32,000 bases of DNA from Acaryochloris marina S15 (lineage in GTDB: Bacteria; Cyanobacteriota; Cyanobacteriia; Thermosynechococcales; Thermosynechococcaceae). The stretch's first letter is position 1. The number at the start of each line of letters is the position of its first letter. Where the stretch lies: NCBI RefSeq assembly GCF_018336915.1, contig NZ_CP064925.1, positions 60,001 to 92,000 on the forward strand, written 5' to 3'. Of this stretch, positions 30,291-32,000 are shown in pieces. Below the pieces are notes generated by a model. It worked only from the letters and a program-made list of their open reading frames with translations. It was not told the DNA's origin and made no database searches. A program made the position numbers and the translations under genes.

Positions 30291-31638
30291 GTTGAAATTC
30301 CTGAAATGCTGTATTAATAGTGACTTCAGAGCATTTCTTGATGAACATTGCCCAGCGCGAACAACAGATTATCCGCATCCAATCCCAAAGCTCCTATGCC
30401 TCTATTAACGAAGCCCTGGAAGCAACCCTACGCCTGGAAGCAAGCCAAGTCACCCAGAAAATAATAGAGGCAGCACTAGACGAAGAAGTGCAAGCCTATC
30501 TATCCCAACTTCAAGGGACTCGACCTCGGCGCTCAGGTTATTATCAACGGGTTCTAGATACGCAGTATGGCAGGATCCCTCAACTGTCTGTCCCTAAACT
30601 ACGTAAAGGGAACGCAGACCGAGAGTGGCAGATTTTAGAACGTTACCAACGTGCCCTTGGCAGTCTCCTCGATTTTTGCCTCGGCCTGTATGTCATGGGT
30701 TTATCGCTTCGGGACTTGCAAGAAGCTCTCTATGAGATTCTAGGAGCAGTCTTATCCGTTAATGCCATTAACCGAATTACGCTAAAAGCTCAGAAGCAAA
30801 TGTTCCAAAGGCGTCAGACTCGTCTTGAGGAAACCCCTCCTATTCTGATTGTCGATGGTGTTTGGGCTAGTGTTCAGTGTTCCTCAGAAGACTTTTGGGA
30901 AGACCAAGCTGGGCATATCCGGAAACTACGCCATGCAGAAGACCGAGTCATTCTAGTCGCTATGGCAGTGTGGCCCGATGGCACCCAAACGGTGCTTCAT
31001 TATGAAATGGCGACGCAAGAATCGGAGGCAGCTTGGTCACTATTCTTTGCGCATCTGTGGCAACGGGGATTGCAACCCTATTCGGTGAAGTTGATTGTGA
31101 GTGATGGTACGACTGGGTTGCCTAAGGTGATTCGTGCTCTGTTTCCCCTCGCACAACATCAACGCTGCATTACCCACAAGGTTCGAGCCATGCTGCGGCA
31201 TTTAGGCTATGGGCAATTGTCGTACCTGGATGCGCAAGGACAAGAGCTTTCACTTCCTGAAGCTAAGAAACAGCGGTATGCACAAATTCAACATGATGCC
31301 TACGCCATCTATAAAGCGCCCACCTGGGAAGGGGCAGTTATTTCATTTCTGGTGTTTGAGAAAAAGTGGACAGACATCGAACCTGACGCCGTCAGAACCT
31401 TTATCAACGATTGTGCCCTGACTTTGAACTTCTATGATTTTGATGCATCTCTTCACTCACTCATTCGAACCTCAAATGCACTCGAGCGGTTGTTCCGGGA
31501 ATTCCGAACCAAGGCCGATGAAATTGGTGCGTTCCCTAATGAAGAGAGCTGTTTAGCAATTCTCTTCCTCGTTTTTCGTAGGGATCATGCCAAGCATGAT
31601 CGGCTCAAAAACCGTGGCGAATAAATCGGGACACTAAC
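30264..31638 (+). mobile_element. IS256-family insertion sequence (1375 bp) with 8-bp target-site duplication
   Basis: Left end cgtagtgtcccgatttattcgcc (30264-30286) against the reverse complement of the right end gttagtgtcccgatttattcgcc (31616-31638); the inner 20 bp are identical. It is flanked by direct GAGATTTT at 30256-30263 and 31639-31646. A single mutator-type transposase gene lies inside. Confidence 0.85.
30320..31624 (+). CDS. IS256-family (mutator-type) transposase
   Basis: Family-typical blocks: PILIVDGVWASV (D), KLIVSDGTTGLPKVIRALFPLAQHQRCITHKVRAM (D), LIRTSNALERLFREFRTKADEIGAFPNEESCL (E). The track start is GTG 30320; ATG 30341 (MNIAQRE...) is an alternative. Confidence 0.9.
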   Translation: MTSEHFLMNIAQREQQIIRIQSQSSYASINEALEATLRLEASQVTQKIIEAALDEEVQAYLSQLQGTRPRRSGYYQRVLDTQYGRIPQLSVPKLRKGNADREWQILERYQRALGSLLDFCLGLYVMGLSLRDLQEALYEILGAVLSVNAINRITLKAQKQMFQRRQTRLEETPPILIVDGVWASVQCSSEDFWEDQAGHIRKLRHAEDRVILVAMAVWPDGTQTVLHYEMATQESEAAWSLFFAHLWQRGLQPYSVKLIVSDGTTGLPKVIRALFPLAQHQRCITHKVRAMLRHLGYGQLSYLDAQGQELSLPEAKKQRYAQIQHDAYAIYKAPTWEGAVISFLVFEKKWTDIEPDAVRTFINDCALTLNFYDFDASLHSLIRTSNALERLFREFRTKADEIGAFPNEESCLAILFLVFRRDHAKHDRLKNRGE

Positions 31639-31661
31639 GAGATTTTGGTGATCGGGATTAG

Positions 31662-31699
31662 CAAAAGGGAGAAGCTGTTGCGATAGCTGCTCCCTTTTG
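31662..31699 (+). terminator. Rho-independent terminator (bidirectional-looking) of the long plus-strand array
   Basis: CAAAAGGGAG (31662-31671) pairs with CTCCCTTTTG (31690-31699), giving a 10-bp stem with an A-tract 5' and TTTTGTTG 3'. It lies 16 nt beyond the right TSD of the IS256 element, just after the reconstructed native stop of the 86-aa gene. Confidence 0.6.
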
Positions 31700-31746
31700 T
31701 TGCCTCTGATATTCTGTGATTAAGCTAGAGGAATGCCAGGGGCAGT

Positions 31747-32000
31747 ATGAACGAGCTTTCTCCCACTCAAGAATTAAAGGAAGACCTGTTACGTCCAGTG
31801 CCGATTCCAGAGACAGAACTGGAGCGGTATATCTCGTTCAAGCATGCGCTTAATCTTCGTTTCCCAGATGAGGACACGGGGGATTGGCATTTTCAGCCCT
31901 ACTTTTTTGAACAAACGGATGCCCTAACAACTCAAAAGAGCATCCCCCTTGCTGGAAAGGGCCAGCAGGTTGATACAACGCCTTCCCTAGGTCATCAGGG
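31747..32000 (+). CDS. Hypothetical protein, N-terminal 84 codons (continues past window end)
   Basis: Not in the ORF track (no stop in the window). ATG at 31747, then MNELSPTQELKEDLLRPVPIPETELERYISFKHALNLRFPDEDTGDWHFQPYFFEQTDALTTQKSIPLAGKGQQVDTTPSLGHQ, stop-free to base 32000. Confidence 0.45.
   Translation, partial: MNELSPTQELKEDLLRPVPIPETELERYISFKHALNLRFPDEDTGDWHFQPYFFEQTDALTTQKSIPLAGKGQQVDTTPSLGHQ

Noticed and set aside
1-32000. Searched by eye for tRNA/rRNA genes, CRISPR arrays, integrase genes or att-like tRNA fragments, and toxin-antitoxin pairs
   Set aside because: I found no regularly spaced direct repeats, no tRNA-like T-arm (GTTCGAATC-type) outside coding context, and no tyrosine or serine recombinase motifs. 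Absence by eye is not proof.

Overview
This 32-kb window is coded almost entirely on the plus strand and reads like the backbone of a conjugative plasmid or ICE of cyanobacterial type. That assignment is inferred from the protein families present, not from any search.

- **1-3.3 kb.** The 5' part of a minus-strand NB-ARC/STAND NTPase runs off the window. It is very AT-rich and missing from the ORF track. Two tandem ParB-N-domain paralogs follow; the second carries a decayed DNA-methyltransferase-like tail.
- **3501-4588.** An IS630-family element has two ORFs joined by an A7 -1 slippery site.
- **4.6-9.2 kb.** A 1191-aa protein with a Cys-cluster, a TOPRIM-like segment and a P-loop helicase domain is a replication or conjugative primase-helicase. 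It is preceded by a predicted ~120-nt minus-strand countertranscript and followed by 595 bp of AT-rich non-coding DNA.
- **9028-30290.** A near-consensus promoter at 9028-9056 heads a ~21-kb co-directional, tightly packed array. It holds unknown proteins, then a sigma-70-family ORF that stays open for 692 codons and runs into a VirB9-like secreted protein. Pilin-like, VirB3-VirB4, TrbJ/VirB5-like, TrbL/VirB6-like, VirB8-like and VirB10-like genes come next. After them sit a pentapeptide-repeat protein, a ~1095-aa three-hydrolase cell-wall enzyme (M15B/VanY + SLT-like + M23), a VirD4/TraG coupling protein and three unknown genes.
- **30264-32000.** An IS256-family element with an 8-bp target duplication has clipped the last gene of the array from its terminator. 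A partial ORF runs off the right end.

I could not recognise a relaxase, VirB11, ParA, tRNA, rRNA or CRISPR array.

The points most worth a second look are:
- the topology-only T4SS module, possibly the poorly studied cyanobacterial MPF-C type;
- the sigma/VirB9 stop-free frame;
- a perfect 15-bp inverted repeat inside coding sequence;
- an identical 18-nt box upstream of two genes;
- the dead-methyltransferase ParB fusion;
- the candidate copy-control antisense RNA.
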